This document shows, in pieces, positions 37,813 to 47,631 of a DNA stretch of 64,000 bases. Source of the stretch: a virus (lineage: Duplodnaviria; Caudoviricetes). Numbering within the stretch: the first letter of the stretch is position 1; the number at the start of each line of letters is the position of its first letter. The DNA is taken from the IMG/VR virus record IMGVR_UViG_2595698524_000001, positions 128,001 through 192,000 of that record; one strand, written 5' to 3'. The position numbers were made by a program, and so were the translations under genes. The notes under the pieces were generated by a model. It ran no database searches, was not told the origin of the DNA, and saw nothing but the letters and a program-made list of their open reading frames with translations.

Positions 37813-38286
37813 GTGAGAACGAAACAGCCAGCCTTTGTACGGCCAACGGGCGAGGCACTACGCCTGACCGCGAACCAGGCAGTAAGTCAGACATTGAAAA
37901 GTAACTTTGGCGTGAAGAGTACCTTCTATCGTGTGCACGATTGTCAGCACACCTTAGAGCGGGCATTAGAACGCCGTAACTTTGACTTTGACACAGCGTA
38001 CGGATTACTCTATTTGATGGGTCACCGTCCACAGCTATTAGAAACAGCCGATGGTTTTGCGCTGCTTCTCCTCCCGTCTGCAAGTTATAACCGCACCATC
38101 ACTCTTGACGTCGCGATTCAGGAGGCTAAAGTGTATCTGGCCAGAACGCTGAAGCTCGAAGATGAAACGAAGTCGGTGGTGAAAATGTTGAGTGTGTTCG
38201 GTAACGGTATGACGATACTGCGTGACCCGAATCTCCCTCGTGAGAAATTCCTGCTTGAGTTTAAACGCAATGAAATCGCTGCTTGA
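37813..38286 (+). CDS. Hypothetical protein
   Basis: AGGAG RBS with GTG start. Confidence 0.65.
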   Translation: MRTKQPAFVRPTGEALRLTANQAVSQTLKSNFGVKSTFYRVHDCQHTLERALERRNFDFDTAYGLLYLMGHRPQLLETADGFALLLLPSASYNRTITLDVAIQEAKVYLARTLKLEDETKSVVKMLSVFGNGMTILRDPNLPREKFLLEFKRNEIAA

Positions 38287-38782
38287 GTTACCCCGTTTTT
38301 ACAATCAACCGGATAGCATGGAAATCCTAACCGTGACCATGCCGGTGATTGTAGAGGCGTGTCGTTTAGATGTGTCAATTGAACAGACCGGTGAGATGGC
38401 TCCAACAGTTGCCACCGCGTTTGACATTGATGCCTATCTTGATTCGCCTCACTTGGTTAAGCCGTACGAGATGCGAGTAGTGGTTGCACCTGAACACGGG
38501 GCGATTTATCAGGTTCCTCAACCTGCGCCATTGTTCGGCGATGCGTTATCGTTTGATGTCATGCGTGCAACATGGTTCCGTCCAGGTGTTGGGATGAGTT
38601 ATCGCAAGTGGGCTCTTGCGACGTGGGATGACAATGCAGACACAATCACTGTGTTAGCATCACTCATTGACTCACCACTCACGCCGGTAGACGTTGTGGT
38701 CAGCGATGTCGAAGGTCGAACTAACGCATGCATTATCACCCCTGATATTTGCTACGTACGCATCGACCCAAGCAAACAATAA
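38270..38782 (+). CDS. Hypothetical protein
   Basis: Overlaps the upstream stop; ends at a terminator. Confidence 0.65.
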   Translation: MKSLLELPRFYNQPDSMEILTVTMPVIVEACRLDVSIEQTGEMAPTVATAFDIDAYLDSPHLVKPYEMRVVVAPEHGAIYQVPQPAPLFGDALSFDVMRATWFRPGVGMSYRKWALATWDDNADTITVLASLIDSPLTPVDVVVSDVEGRTNACIITPDICYVRIDPSKQ

Positions 38783-38790
38783 AAAAGAAA

Positions 38791-38820
38791 CACCTCCGTA
38801 CCCTTTTGGGGTACGGGGTG
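38791..38820. terminator. Bidirectional intrinsic terminator
   Basis: CACCTCCGTACCC...GGGTACGGGGTG flanked by A- and T-tracts between convergent genes. Confidence 0.8.
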
Positions 38821-38835
38821 CTCTTTTATTTCTTT

Positions 38836-39447
38836 TTATTTTTTGTCGCCGACGATTGCCAACAACTGTTCATTCAGCGCCGTGAGTTCGTCGTTGCGTT
38901 TCTTCGCTGACGCTAACTGCTCTTCGAGCGGGACGGCATCGCGAATATTCTTCTTACGCTTACTCTCCATTTCGATATGCTGGTCATTATTAACCTGACC
39001 TTCATAGCGCATGGTGGAGATATACGGGACAGGTTTAATCCCTAACTTCGATTGGACGAAGTTTGAGAAGTCCCCGGTGAAGGCACCGACATCAACATAG
39101 TCCGGCAGCAACGCCAAGTCTATCACCAACACATTACGGTTATACTTTAACCCGGTTAAACCCGGATACGAAGACAGATACGTATTGGGTACGTAACGTA
39201 CTTCGCCGTCATTGGCCTTGAACACCAGTATCGAAGCATTTAACGCGGCATCTGCCTTGTAGTCTGCCTGAGTGATGTTATGGGGCGCGTAGTACGTCGA
39301 ATAGACCGGCTTATTGTTGCGTTCAAGTTCCGGGAAGGTGCGTATCGCATCTAAGCGATAGATAACACCCTGCGGGAGCTCGAACGGTGAAAGGCAGACA
39401 AAGCTGCCCTCACAGTTGATAGGGGGCGTAAGTGGAGTACGCGCCAT
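38836..39447 (-). CDS. Probable virion structural protein
   Basis: AAGGAGG RBS; coupled to the 445-aa gene. Confidence 0.6.
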   Translation of the reverse strand: MARTPLTPPINCEGSFVCLSPFELPQGVIYRLDAIRTFPELERNNKPVYSTYYAPHNITQADYKADAALNASILVFKANDGEVRYVPNTYLSSYPGLTGLKYNRNVLVIDLALLPDYVDVGAFTGDFSNFVQSKLGIKPVPYISTMRYEGQVNNDQHIEMESKRKKNIRDAVPLEEQLASAKKRNDELTALNEQLLAIVGDKK

Positions 39448-39456
39448 TTATCCTCC

Positions 39457-40794
39457 TTAGACGACTTCCGGCCAGACCGAAGTACGGCTGAGTACACGGT
39501 ATTCCACATTTTCATGTTCGAAGATGTAGAACGCCAAGTCTTTGTTACTTTCATCAATGACCTTCACCACATCAGTGGTGCCGGCATACGGATGGTACTC
39601 TTCAGCCGCAATCAAAGCCTGGATGTACAGACGAATCCACTCGGTGGTGGGTTTCGACACACGTGAGATTTCACTGGACGACGTAGAGATTAACGCGTAG
39701 TCCGGAATGGTTTCATGCAGTGTCTTTTTATTGTCTGCGTTTTCAGGCCCACTGATACAGACCGCGCTAAGCGATTTGTACTGCGCAGGGATAATGCACA
39801 CATCAGTGGCTGGCACTTTATGCGGAATAGTTGTGTCTGATTCAGTCGCAGACCATTCGCCGAAAGTGTCAATGGATTTCAGGATGAAATCGTATGGAAG
39901 CATCGGGGAGTAGAGTGACGCAATATCTTCCATGTTGGGGATACCGCGAACCTGCCAACCCGGAATAAAAGTAAAGCGTGTAGTCGAGAAAAGATCGGGA
40001 AACACTTTCGCCCAATCCGCACGACTATATCCTGACTGCGACAGAACGGCGTTTTGATACGCCTCTTTGACGTATGTCGGGTTACGTCCCTGAGGGCCGT
40101 AAATGATACAGGTAAAGACGATATTCGGGATAGTGGATTCACTGTTCTCGCGGTCATGCCACGTGTAGTAATTCGTGTGGATGGCCGTATAAGGGAATTT
40201 ATTTGCCATTTCATTCACTTTATCGTGATGGTCTGGCAGATTCCATTCTTCTAATGCTTTTTCGACCACCGTCTTAACCGACTGGAATGTGTCGATAGGA
40301 TTCAGCATCAAAATGACTTCGATGTCAAAGCCACGATAATCCTTGGCAAAGTCGGCATCGGAGAACCAGAGACGGATTTCGTTCTCTTCCTGCCCTTCGA
40401 GCGTGTAGGCAATCCAACGTGGGAACCAGTTCCCCTTGCCTTCAATCATCGCGCCGGTAGACACTTTAGAGATTTTGGATGAAAACTGTCCGACCAGCAG
40501 ACGCTGGAATTCGACTTCGTCGTTTTTCAGCACGCCGTTAATCGCTTGTGAATAAATCCACTGCGTGACTGTTAATACGTTATCGGAGAACGACGACGGA
40601 ACAGTAATGGCTACCTTATCTCGTTTCGAGGTGAAGGCAACCAGTTCCACCTGCATGTTTGCTTTACTAAACCATTGTTTATCTTTAGCAAAGCTGGTAG
40701 CATACTCTGAGAGCTCCCCTACAGGAGCTGTAACACCGCCGGGTGTATTGTCTTTCAGCGGTCCAATATTGATGAACCCTTGTAAATCGTACAT
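39457..40794 (-). CDS. Probable virion structural protein
   Basis: 445 aa, GGAG RBS; resembles conserved phiKZ-like structural genes (recalled, unverified). Confidence 0.6.
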   Translation of the reverse strand: MYDLQGFINIGPLKDNTPGGVTAPVGELSEYATSFAKDKQWFSKANMQVELVAFTSKRDKVAITVPSSFSDNVLTVTQWIYSQAINGVLKNDEVEFQRLLVGQFSSKISKVSTGAMIEGKGNWFPRWIAYTLEGQEENEIRLWFSDADFAKDYRGFDIEVILMLNPIDTFQSVKTVVEKALEEWNLPDHHDKVNEMANKFPYTAIHTNYYTWHDRENSESTIPNIVFTCIIYGPQGRNPTYVKEAYQNAVLSQSGYSRADWAKVFPDLFSTTRFTFIPGWQVRGIPNMEDIASLYSPMLPYDFILKSIDTFGEWSATESDTTIPHKVPATDVCIIPAQYKSLSAVCISGPENADNKKTLHETIPDYALISTSSSEISRVSKPTTEWIRLYIQALIAAEEYHPYAGTTDVVKVIDESNKDLAFYIFEHENVEYRVLSRTSVWPEVV

Positions 40795-40814
40795 ATAACT
40801 ACTCCGAGGTAAAT

Positions 40815-41330
40815 ATGGTAGCGGGTATAATTAAGCTCCTACCACTATTGACGTTTCTGCTGGAAGTATTCAAATCTGATGATGGCAAATTCACGGCGAA
40901 AGCTAAAGCAGTTTTCCTCGCGTTTCTGGCAATTCTCAGCTTCTCTGCTTACGTTTCGTACGCATACGTTCAGCAGTTTCACGCTTTAGTGGAACTGAAA
41001 GCTCATCAGCAGTACCTGATAAAGTCCGAAGGCGACGCCAACGGGCGGGCACTCCGGTTAGAAAACCGGGTTACCGAGTTGGAAAACAAACTCGATGTCT
41101 GCCGCAACCGGCCGCCATATGATGGCGTGTCGGTGCGAACTCCAAAACCAACTCAGCCAGATATTATCTCTACGCCAGCCGCCGTAATTAAAACTCCAAC
41201 CCCTCCCAAACATCCAGTGCCGTATAAGCCAGATGTAATTCTGCCGACTACGGCTATTGTTTCACGGGAGGATAAGGAGAAAGGGCTTGCTGACCGTATG
41301 GATAAAATCACGCGACACATAAATAATTAA
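40815..41330 (+). CDS. Putative inner-membrane spanin (Rz-like)
   Basis: N-terminal TM, coiled coil, Pro-rich linker; immediately upstream of a lipoprotein gene. Confidence 0.55.
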   Translation: MVAGIIKLLPLLTFLLEVFKSDDGKFTAKAKAVFLAFLAILSFSAYVSYAYVQQFHALVELKAHQQYLIKSEGDANGRALRLENRVTELENKLDVCRNRPPYDGVSVRTPKPTQPDIISTPAAVIKTPTPPKHPVPYKPDVILPTTAIVSREDKEKGLADRMDKITRHINN

Positions 41331-41339
41331 GAGGTCGTT

Positions 41340-41786
41340 ATGCCGTGGGTAATATGGTTCTTAGTAATAATGCTAACCGGCTGTTCATCTTTCAGTGGGT
41401 ATCGTGACGGTGCGGTGTCGCAACTGAAGGATGGGCCGGACGTTACTGATTACCGTAACGCCGAATCCAGCGATGCCGTATTACGCGATTACGTGACAGA
41501 GGTCAATCTGTACGCGTTTTATGTATTTAACTACACGAAAGCACTGAACGAGTACGCAATGAAACACGGCTGGCATCCGTTACCGATACCGCCGGTTTGC
41601 GAACAGTACACGATGCCGGGATTAATGGACATTCCCGATTTTGTGTTCCGTCGCGGAATCAAATCCGATGACGAAGTTGACATGGCCTTAGCAAGTTATA
41701 TCCGCGCACTACGGGCAAGGATGAACGAAAATGCACTGCGCGTAAATAGAGCTTTTGCTAAGCACCGTGAGGCGTGTATTTACTAA
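41340..41786 (+). CDS. Lipoprotein, putative outer-membrane spanin (Rz1-like)
   Basis: Hydrophobic leader with lipobox LTGC; Pro-rich PLPIPPVC segment. Confidence 0.6.
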   Translation: MPWVIWFLVIMLTGCSSFSGYRDGAVSQLKDGPDVTDYRNAESSDAVLRDYVTEVNLYAFYVFNYTKALNEYAMKHGWHPLPIPPVCEQYTMPGLMDIPDFVFRRGIKSDDEVDMALASYIRALRARMNENALRVNRAFAKHREACIY

Positions 41787-41792
41787 TAAGAC

Positions 41793-41828
41793 GGCTGTCC
41801 TTCGGGACAGCCCCTTCTTACTTTTTTA
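41793..41828 (+). terminator. Intrinsic terminator
   Basis: GGCTGTCC-ttcg-GGACAGCC plus T-rich tail. Confidence 0.7.
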
Positions 41829-41869
41829 CGCTATACCGTATTACTGTGTATACATTAAGGAGACCCCCA

Positions 41870-42598
41870 ATGGCACATTACATTCCAAAGCTTCCGGCTA
41901 TCGTCCATGCTATCGATACCGAAACCAAGGCGTTACGACCGAATGCGTATATTCTTAGCATGGGTGGCTCGACCTTTGATATTGCTACCTTATCACTGCT
42001 GGGTTGTACTTACGTGGCAGTTGACCCTAATGACCCCGAAGCAGATAAAATCTTCGACACCGACTCGAGCACCGTGGCGTGGTGGAACGGTGAAGGTGAC
42101 CCGGCCTTTGCACCAACACCAGAAGCGAAAAAGGCAGCATGGTCGGGCACCACTAAAATCGATGTGGCGCTGAAAATCGTGGTCGAATACTTCGAACAGT
42201 TTAAAAAGTTCGACTCTGTACTGGTTAGTCGCGGCCCAGAATTCGATATGCCGATTATGTGTAATGCGTTAGTTGCATGCAACGTGTTCCAAGGTATCTT
42301 CCGTAAGTTCTCAGCCTGCGAATCAGACCGTACTGTCGAACGTCTGATGTTGGCGTTCGGGTTGGATATGAATCAGGCGGTGGAAGAGCACAACTGGGTC
42401 GGTAAAGGTCAGTGGGTTGAACATCACCCGAGCTTTGACTCTGCACGCAGTGCTTATCGTACGGCACGTGCCTATCATCTGGCGCATATTGCCAAGAACT
42501 ACGGGTTTGAGAAGATGCTGATTGCACATAAGGCGCTGTGTGAAGGCACTTATAACCCGGCTCTGGGATACAAAGGGGAATTCAATGGAGCAGGCTGA
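41870..42598 (+). CDS. DEDDh 3'-5' exonuclease (DnaQ-like)
   Basis: IDTET (ExoI), RGPEFD (ExoII), HHPSFD (ExoIII); AAGGAG RBS. Confidence 0.8.
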   Translation: MAHYIPKLPAIVHAIDTETKALRPNAYILSMGGSTFDIATLSLLGCTYVAVDPNDPEADKIFDTDSSTVAWWNGEGDPAFAPTPEAKKAAWSGTTKIDVALKIVVEYFEQFKKFDSVLVSRGPEFDMPIMCNALVACNVFQGIFRKFSACESDRTVERLMLAFGLDMNQAVEEHNWVGKGQWVEHHPSFDSARSAYRTARAYHLAHIAKNYGFEKMLIAHKALCEGTYNPALGYKGEFNGAG

Positions 42599-44126
42599 TG
42601 TAGCGGTGTTGTATACGGACGGTAGCCATTTCCCTGACCCGCATGGGTCAGGTGCAGGCATCTTCGCGTACACCATCGACAAACTGGATGAAGGGTTTGC
42701 TGAGGGTTACAGTTTCCCGGGCATCCCTGAGGCTATCACGTCGGAAGGCTTTAAGCCAATGACCGTCTCTGACCCGAAACCTCTGTTGCCTGAAGGTCGG
42801 GTGAAGTTTTACGAGGCGGTAATTCCGGTGCGTCCCTCTTCTGCGCAGGTGGGTGAACTCGTTGCCTTCATTGCCGCGTTCGACGTTACCCCCTTCAAGG
42901 CGAAGAAATACATTATCTACGCCGATTCCAATTACATGATTAACACGGTCACGGATTGGATTTGGGGCTGGGAACGTAAAGGCTGGATGCGAGCGGACGG
43001 TACGCCGTGTGCAAACCTCGATTTACTCAAACGCATGATTACGATTCTGCGGGCGATTAAAGAGCAGGGTATCACGTTGATAGTGAGAAAAATCAAAGCG
43101 CACAACGGGCACTTTGGTAATGAAGCTGCGGATAAGTTGGCGAAGCAAGGTGCTGCTGCATCTGCATTAACCAACGAACACAACTTCACTCCGTTCTGGC
43201 GTGAGATTTATAACGAAGCGCCGGAAGACGAGGAAACGCCGGAGGTCTTCCAGAAACCGGAACTCCCGGGCGGCGGTATGGATATCACGTCACTGCCATC
43301 GATAATGTCGCACAAGTGGCATTACCTGCTGTCGGATGAAGAAATCCCGAGCATGACGCTCGCTAACGGCGAACGTTGGGAGTACGTTCTGTCTGGCCAC
43401 CACGCGAAAGACAAGAACGACTTGGTTCTGGTCGGTAAGTTCTTGCCGGACGCGATGTTCTCCGTGACGATGCACCGTGAAGCGCCGCGTAACTTGAAGT
43501 TCATCGTTGATGAGCATGCAAGACGTGCGTGGGAAGGTGTGCCGATGCTGAAACAGTATCGTGCCGTCACCATGATTAACGGCGATTACCTCAAACGTAA
43601 GAAGTTCGTTGAGGCAGCTAAGGACGGATTGCCGGTTGACCAGATGACGTTTAAGTCTGACGGTAACGCGTGGATGTTTGAAGACACCTGTATCAGTTAC
43701 ATGTTACGACCGGCTCTGCTTTCTTATCGGGCGCTGGAGATTCGCGATGAGCTGGCACAGATGTTGAAGGATGTTGTCGAAGGACATTCGAGTGTGGTCT
43801 TTAATGACATCACCGATAAGTTCTTCGATGAGGAACACAAACCGAGAAAGGACTACTACCGTAACGTAGACCGCAGCATTAAGATTGCGGTTAACTACCC
43901 GGGTAGCGAAAAGCCTATTGACGTGATTCTTTCACGTAGCATAGACATACCTTCTCGTACCGAGCTTAATCGCATTTATGAACCGGGCGGACGATTCGGT
44001 GTTGCGACGTGGCGACGGGACACACATTTAACTGTCTATGCTCTGGTGTATTTGGGCAAAGACGCACACGGCTTATGGATGGGATACTACAGCGCTAAAC
44101 GTATCCTGACGTTAGAACAAATTTAA
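42585..44126 (+). CDS. rnhA: Ribonuclease HI with long C-terminal extension
   Basis: LYTDGS, GELVA, YADSNY and KIKAHNGHFGNEAADKLA catalytic motifs. Confidence 0.88.
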   Translation: MEQADVAVLYTDGSHFPDPHGSGAGIFAYTIDKLDEGFAEGYSFPGIPEAITSEGFKPMTVSDPKPLLPEGRVKFYEAVIPVRPSSAQVGELVAFIAAFDVTPFKAKKYIIYADSNYMINTVTDWIWGWERKGWMRADGTPCANLDLLKRMITILRAIKEQGITLIVRKIKAHNGHFGNEAADKLAKQGAAASALTNEHNFTPFWREIYNEAPEDEETPEVFQKPELPGGGMDITSLPSIMSHKWHYLLSDEEIPSMTLANGERWEYVLSGHHAKDKNDLVLVGKFLPDAMFSVTMHREAPRNLKFIVDEHARRAWEGVPMLKQYRAVTMINGDYLKRKKFVEAAKDGLPVDQMTFKSDGNAWMFEDTCISYMLRPALLSYRALEIRDELAQMLKDVVEGHSSVVFNDITDKFFDEEHKPRKDYYRNVDRSIKIAVNYPGSEKPIDVILSRSIDIPSRTELNRIYEPGGRFGVATWRRDTHLTVYALVYLGKDAHGLWMGYYSAKRILTLEQI

Positions 44127-44144
44127 AATATATGTTATCGCGTG
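44126..44144 (+). promoter_or_regulatory. Putative phage promoter (same motif family)
   Basis: AAATATATGTTATCGCGTG upstream of 44169. Confidence 0.45.
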
Positions 44145-44168
44145 ATACCAAAATGAGGAGTATTTGCA

Positions 44169-44945
44169 ATGCAAGTAGTAATGAGTTATGAATTGTCGAA
44201 ACTGAATGTTGAGTTTCGCAGCCTTTTAATGAAACACCTCATCACGCGATACTTTGAGGAGAACAAAATCCCGGACGTTTGGGCCGAGGAAAGCGAAGTC
44301 ATTATTGAAGAGCTGGACATTCCGGCTCAGTTGGTTATCAGTCGTCTGTTTGGCGGTTGGTTGGACGCAGTGGTCAACCACGTCAATCAGGGTACGCCGC
44401 TTAGCGCAGAAGAGCTGGTCGAGTACCCCCACCAGATGGACGACCTCTACGACTCGTACAGTTTCGAGTCTGAGAAAGAATACCACCGGGACTTCTCCGG
44501 TTACATGGACCAGACCGCGTGGGAATTCATGGCCAAAGCTGCCGAGTATCTGACCGAGGATGAGATGCTCGCGACGATTCACGAGTTGCTTTCAAGCATC
44601 GGTGCAGAAATCTACGGCACCTTCAAAGCGCTATCGTTGGGAAAAGTTGTCGGTCTGTGGCACTCAATGGAAAATTACGAGCAGCTTATCTGGCAAGGTA
44701 AGCCGGTGCTGTTCGCCATTGAAGCCGATGACTACGAGGTTCTGTATACAGGGCCGAAATCTGAGGAGTTCGCAGGTTCAGAAGAATCTAAGGTCACCAC
44801 GGGGCCGGGAGAATATTTCTATCTGTGGAACGGCAAACTCATCACGTACGGTAACCGCATCGTGAAAATCCCAGCTGGCGATACCATTCAAGTCTGCGAA
44901 CTGAAAGACGATGTGGTATCCAAAATCGAAAGGGCTTCTGAATGA
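44169..44945 (+). CDS. Acidic hypothetical protein
   Basis: GAGGAG RBS; 258 aa. Confidence 0.7.
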   Translation: MQVVMSYELSKLNVEFRSLLMKHLITRYFEENKIPDVWAEESEVIIEELDIPAQLVISRLFGGWLDAVVNHVNQGTPLSAEELVEYPHQMDDLYDSYSFESEKEYHRDFSGYMDQTAWEFMAKAAEYLTEDEMLATIHELLSSIGAEIYGTFKALSLGKVVGLWHSMENYEQLIWQGKPVLFAIEADDYEVLYTGPKSEEFAGSEESKVTTGPGEYFYLWNGKLITYGNRIVKIPAGDTIQVCELKDDVVSKIERASE

Positions 44946-45748
44946 AGAAAGTCATCAGTGGCGTAATCACTTCCCTCAAAACTTCCATTCGTAATGAGTG
45001 GGATACGTGGTGGGAAAGTGAATTCAGCGTGGCAACACCTGAGCATTATCGACCGTACGTTGAGGGTATCAACATCTCCGGCCAGTTAAGTATCGAGCAG
45101 GTGAAGTCCCTGCCGTACTGGACGATGGCGAACGACGCGGTGCAGGAGTTCCAGAAACGTCTGTTCGAAGCGCTGTTCAAAGAGTATAACTTGCGGGACA
45201 CCTACGACCATTCGCATTTCATGCATGTGCTGTTGGATGTGTTCGGTGAAACGTGGGATAACGACCTGCAAGTGCTGCTCGACAAAGTGGATACCCACGA
45301 GTGGGAACACCGTGATGCGTGTGACGTGTTCGTTAAGAACATGATTACCACGTTCATGGACCAGCTTGTGGAAATCATGACGTCAGAGTGGTCTGAGGCG
45401 TTCTACTTCGGCTTCTTTGAAGAGATGGATGGGATTGAGGAAAGTCTGCCAGCGTTGGGTATCACACCACTGGTCGACCTGGCCGATTTCTCTGCTGACC
45501 CACAAAGTCGTATCTGCATCATTGAGAGCGACGATGTGTCTTACGAAGCCATTAAGACGTGGGACGGTTCACAAGACGTAATCGAATGGTTACGTCAGGG
45601 GCTGGAGAACGCGCATTTGCAACGCATCATCTGGCTGGTTAATGGGCAAGTCGAACTCGACATGGCTCACCGTACGCTGAACACTGGCGACATTATTAAG
45701 AAGTGCCTGTTAAAATTAGGAGCAAACCCAAGTGCAGTTAATCATTGA
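44942..45748 (+). CDS. Acidic hypothetical protein, possible paralog of upstream gene
   Basis: ATGA overlap; similar C-terminal pattern. Confidence 0.7.
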   Translation: MKKVISGVITSLKTSIRNEWDTWWESEFSVATPEHYRPYVEGINISGQLSIEQVKSLPYWTMANDAVQEFQKRLFEALFKEYNLRDTYDHSHFMHVLLDVFGETWDNDLQVLLDKVDTHEWEHRDACDVFVKNMITTFMDQLVEIMTSEWSEAFYFGFFEEMDGIEESLPALGITPLVDLADFSADPQSRICIIESDDVSYEAIKTWDGSQDVIEWLRQGLENAHLQRIIWLVNGQVELDMAHRTLNTGDIIKKCLLKLGANPSAVNH

Positions 45749-46265
45749 TTTTCGTAATAGTGACGTATCCGACGCGCTCCGCAATCTGAGCAACGGCATG
45801 AAAACCAATGTTATGCTTCTTATCGAAGAGGCATTGGGCATGACGGAAATCAAGTTGTCGGTTGACACGGGTAACGATCATGTGTTTATCAACAACGCTA
45901 ATTTGGCTGATATCGTGGAAGATGTCATCACCCGCGAACTGCAACGCATCTTCGGGCAAGCGGTAACGATTAACACCGGTAATTTCAACGACGTGTCTGA
46001 GTTCCTCGAACTATGCTCACAACGTTTCGGTGAAATCTTTAACCGACTGGTTACCGAAGCACAGGCCACCGAACTGACAGCCAAAATGTTGGTCGACGGT
46101 CAGGCGGCAGGCGACTTCAAAGATACCTTGACCAATCTGGTGCCAGCGGAAACGTGGGCGGGGATTGAGAAAGAATTCGATGAAGGCCGTCAGCAAGCTC
46201 TCCGTATAATGCGTACATCGCTGGAAAGTTTGATGGCATCACTCGAACCGGGGTCAGTCATGTAA
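45732..46265 (+). CDS. Hypothetical protein
   Basis: AGGAG RBS with GTG start. Confidence 0.65.
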   Translation: MQLIIDFRNSDVSDALRNLSNGMKTNVMLLIEEALGMTEIKLSVDTGNDHVFINNANLADIVEDVITRELQRIFGQAVTINTGNFNDVSEFLELCSQRFGEIFNRLVTEAQATELTAKMLVDGQAAGDFKDTLTNLVPAETWAGIEKEFDEGRQQALRIMRTSLESLMASLEPGSVM

Positions 46266-46275
46266 GGAGTGGCGT

Positions 46276-47103
46276 ATGCAATACGTCTTCTCGTTAGATT
46301 ACAACCAGCTCTCTATTCCCAACCGTCGTCATCTTCGCAATGCAGTGGCTCGCTTACGGCGAGCTGTTGCTTCGGGGATTGTGCTCAGTCATGGGAAAGG
46401 TCAGTGGAAAGGATGCAGTAAAGCAGTTGCTTGTCAAATGGCCGGTGAGGTTAAACCTCACTTAACAAAAACTCACACCGTTGAAATTAAACGCGTGGGG
46501 ACAGCGGAAGCGGTCTTTAAAATCCTGCGCGACGCTGCTAACCTTGAAGTCGTATTGCCTGACAATATCCAATTAGATGAAAAGACTGTACACGGTCTCT
46601 CGCCCGAAGCGAAAGGTCGTATGCAGGGTGCTTGGCACTACTTTCGTGATACCGTGAAATGGATTACGGAAGATGAGCTGCATGAGCAAGCTGAACGGAT
46701 ATACGGTCAGTTGATTGCCAAGAAAAATAAGAAACTGCCTACTACCCTCACGGGTAGTAGGTCGGTTTTATGCTTTATCTTTTTTTGCCAGCGTTTTGAT
46801 TTGGTCAGTAGTGGCGTTGATGCAGTTAGTCATCTCGTCAATCTGACGCATGAACAGGCCGAGCAGCTGAACCCACGCATCACACATGTCAACCAGTTTA
46901 ACCAGCTCTTTCGACACGTTCGGGTTCACATCCGCTTCACTGATAATCTCGCACGAGCCAGAGATAGACTCGACCAGACCCAGAGTGTCTTTACGCATCG
47001 ACTTAGAGATGGAGTCACGCAGTGCCTTAGCGCGGTGGAACGTGGATTCCAGTTCGCTGGCCGAGCGGTAAGTTTTCTCGAAGGCGCGTTGGTCAATTGC
47101 TGA
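46276..47103 (+). CDS. Hypothetical protein (true 3' end probably near 46730)
   Basis: AAGGAG RBS. ORF reads through a terminator hairpin into the antisense strand of the next gene. Confidence 0.55.
   Translation: MQYVFSLDYNQLSIPNRRHLRNAVARLRRAVASGIVLSHGKGQWKGCSKAVACQMAGEVKPHLTKTHTVEIKRVGTAEAVFKILRDAANLEVVLPDNIQLDEKTVHGLSPEAKGRMQGAWHYFRDTVKWITEDELHEQAERIYGQLIAKKNKKLPTTLTGSRSVLCFIFFCQRFDLVSSGVDAVSHLVNLTHEQAEQLNPRITHVNQFNQLFRHVRVHIRFTDNLARARDRLDQTQSVFTHRLRDGVTQCLSAVERGFQFAGRAVSFLEGALVNC
46738..46761. terminator. Terminator hairpin between convergent genes
   Basis: CCTACTACCC-tcac-GGGTAGTAGG. Confidence 0.7.
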
Positions 47104-47529
47104 CGCAATATAGTTCTTCGAGAGTTTGCTAACGAGATCGTCAGGGTTAACATTAGACAGTGGGTATTTGAAACCTGACATGCGAAACGCTACGGGAACC
47201 GTTAACATAGCCGGTGCATTAGCCAGACCTGCCAGTTCGTTGTTAACGGGTTTCAACACACCGTCAACCACACCTTCCAGCACTTTCCACACATCTTCGA
47301 GTTGTTTGATGTGGTCAAACACAAACGCGTTAAAGCCCGGCGGTACCGGAACCTGCATACCAAGGAAGTTGGCGTACTGCTCGCGTTTAATCCATTTGCT
47401 GACTTCGTCGACATCGCTGTAAGTGGCCAGAACGACGTCGTCTTTGGTACCACTAAAAAAGCGTGGGACGATAGTGGTCACGTTACTGACCATGGTGGCC
47501 ATAGCTGGCCCGATGTCACGGATATTCAT
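46768..47529 (-). CDS. Hypothetical protein, possibly virion-associated
   Basis: AAGGA RBS; 253 aa. Confidence 0.7.
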   Translation of the reverse strand: MNIRDIGPAMATMVSNVTTIVPRFFSGTKDDVVLATYSDVDEVSKWIKREQYANFLGMQVPVPPGFNAFVFDHIKQLEDVWKVLEGVVDGVLKPVNNELAGLANAPAMLTVPVAFRMSGFKYPLSNVNPDDLVSKLSKNYIASAIDQRAFEKTYRSASELESTFHRAKALRDSISKSMRKDTLGLVESISGSCEIISEADVNPNVSKELVKLVDMCDAWVQLLGLFMRQIDEMTNCINATTDQIKTLAKKDKA

Positions 47530-47631
47530 TGGTAATCCTTCGGTTAAGGGTCGGAATCATACTAAAGACACTTTTTACAACTTGACGATAAGATATGTAT
47601 AACTAACCCCAATAATTAATGGAGCACTACG

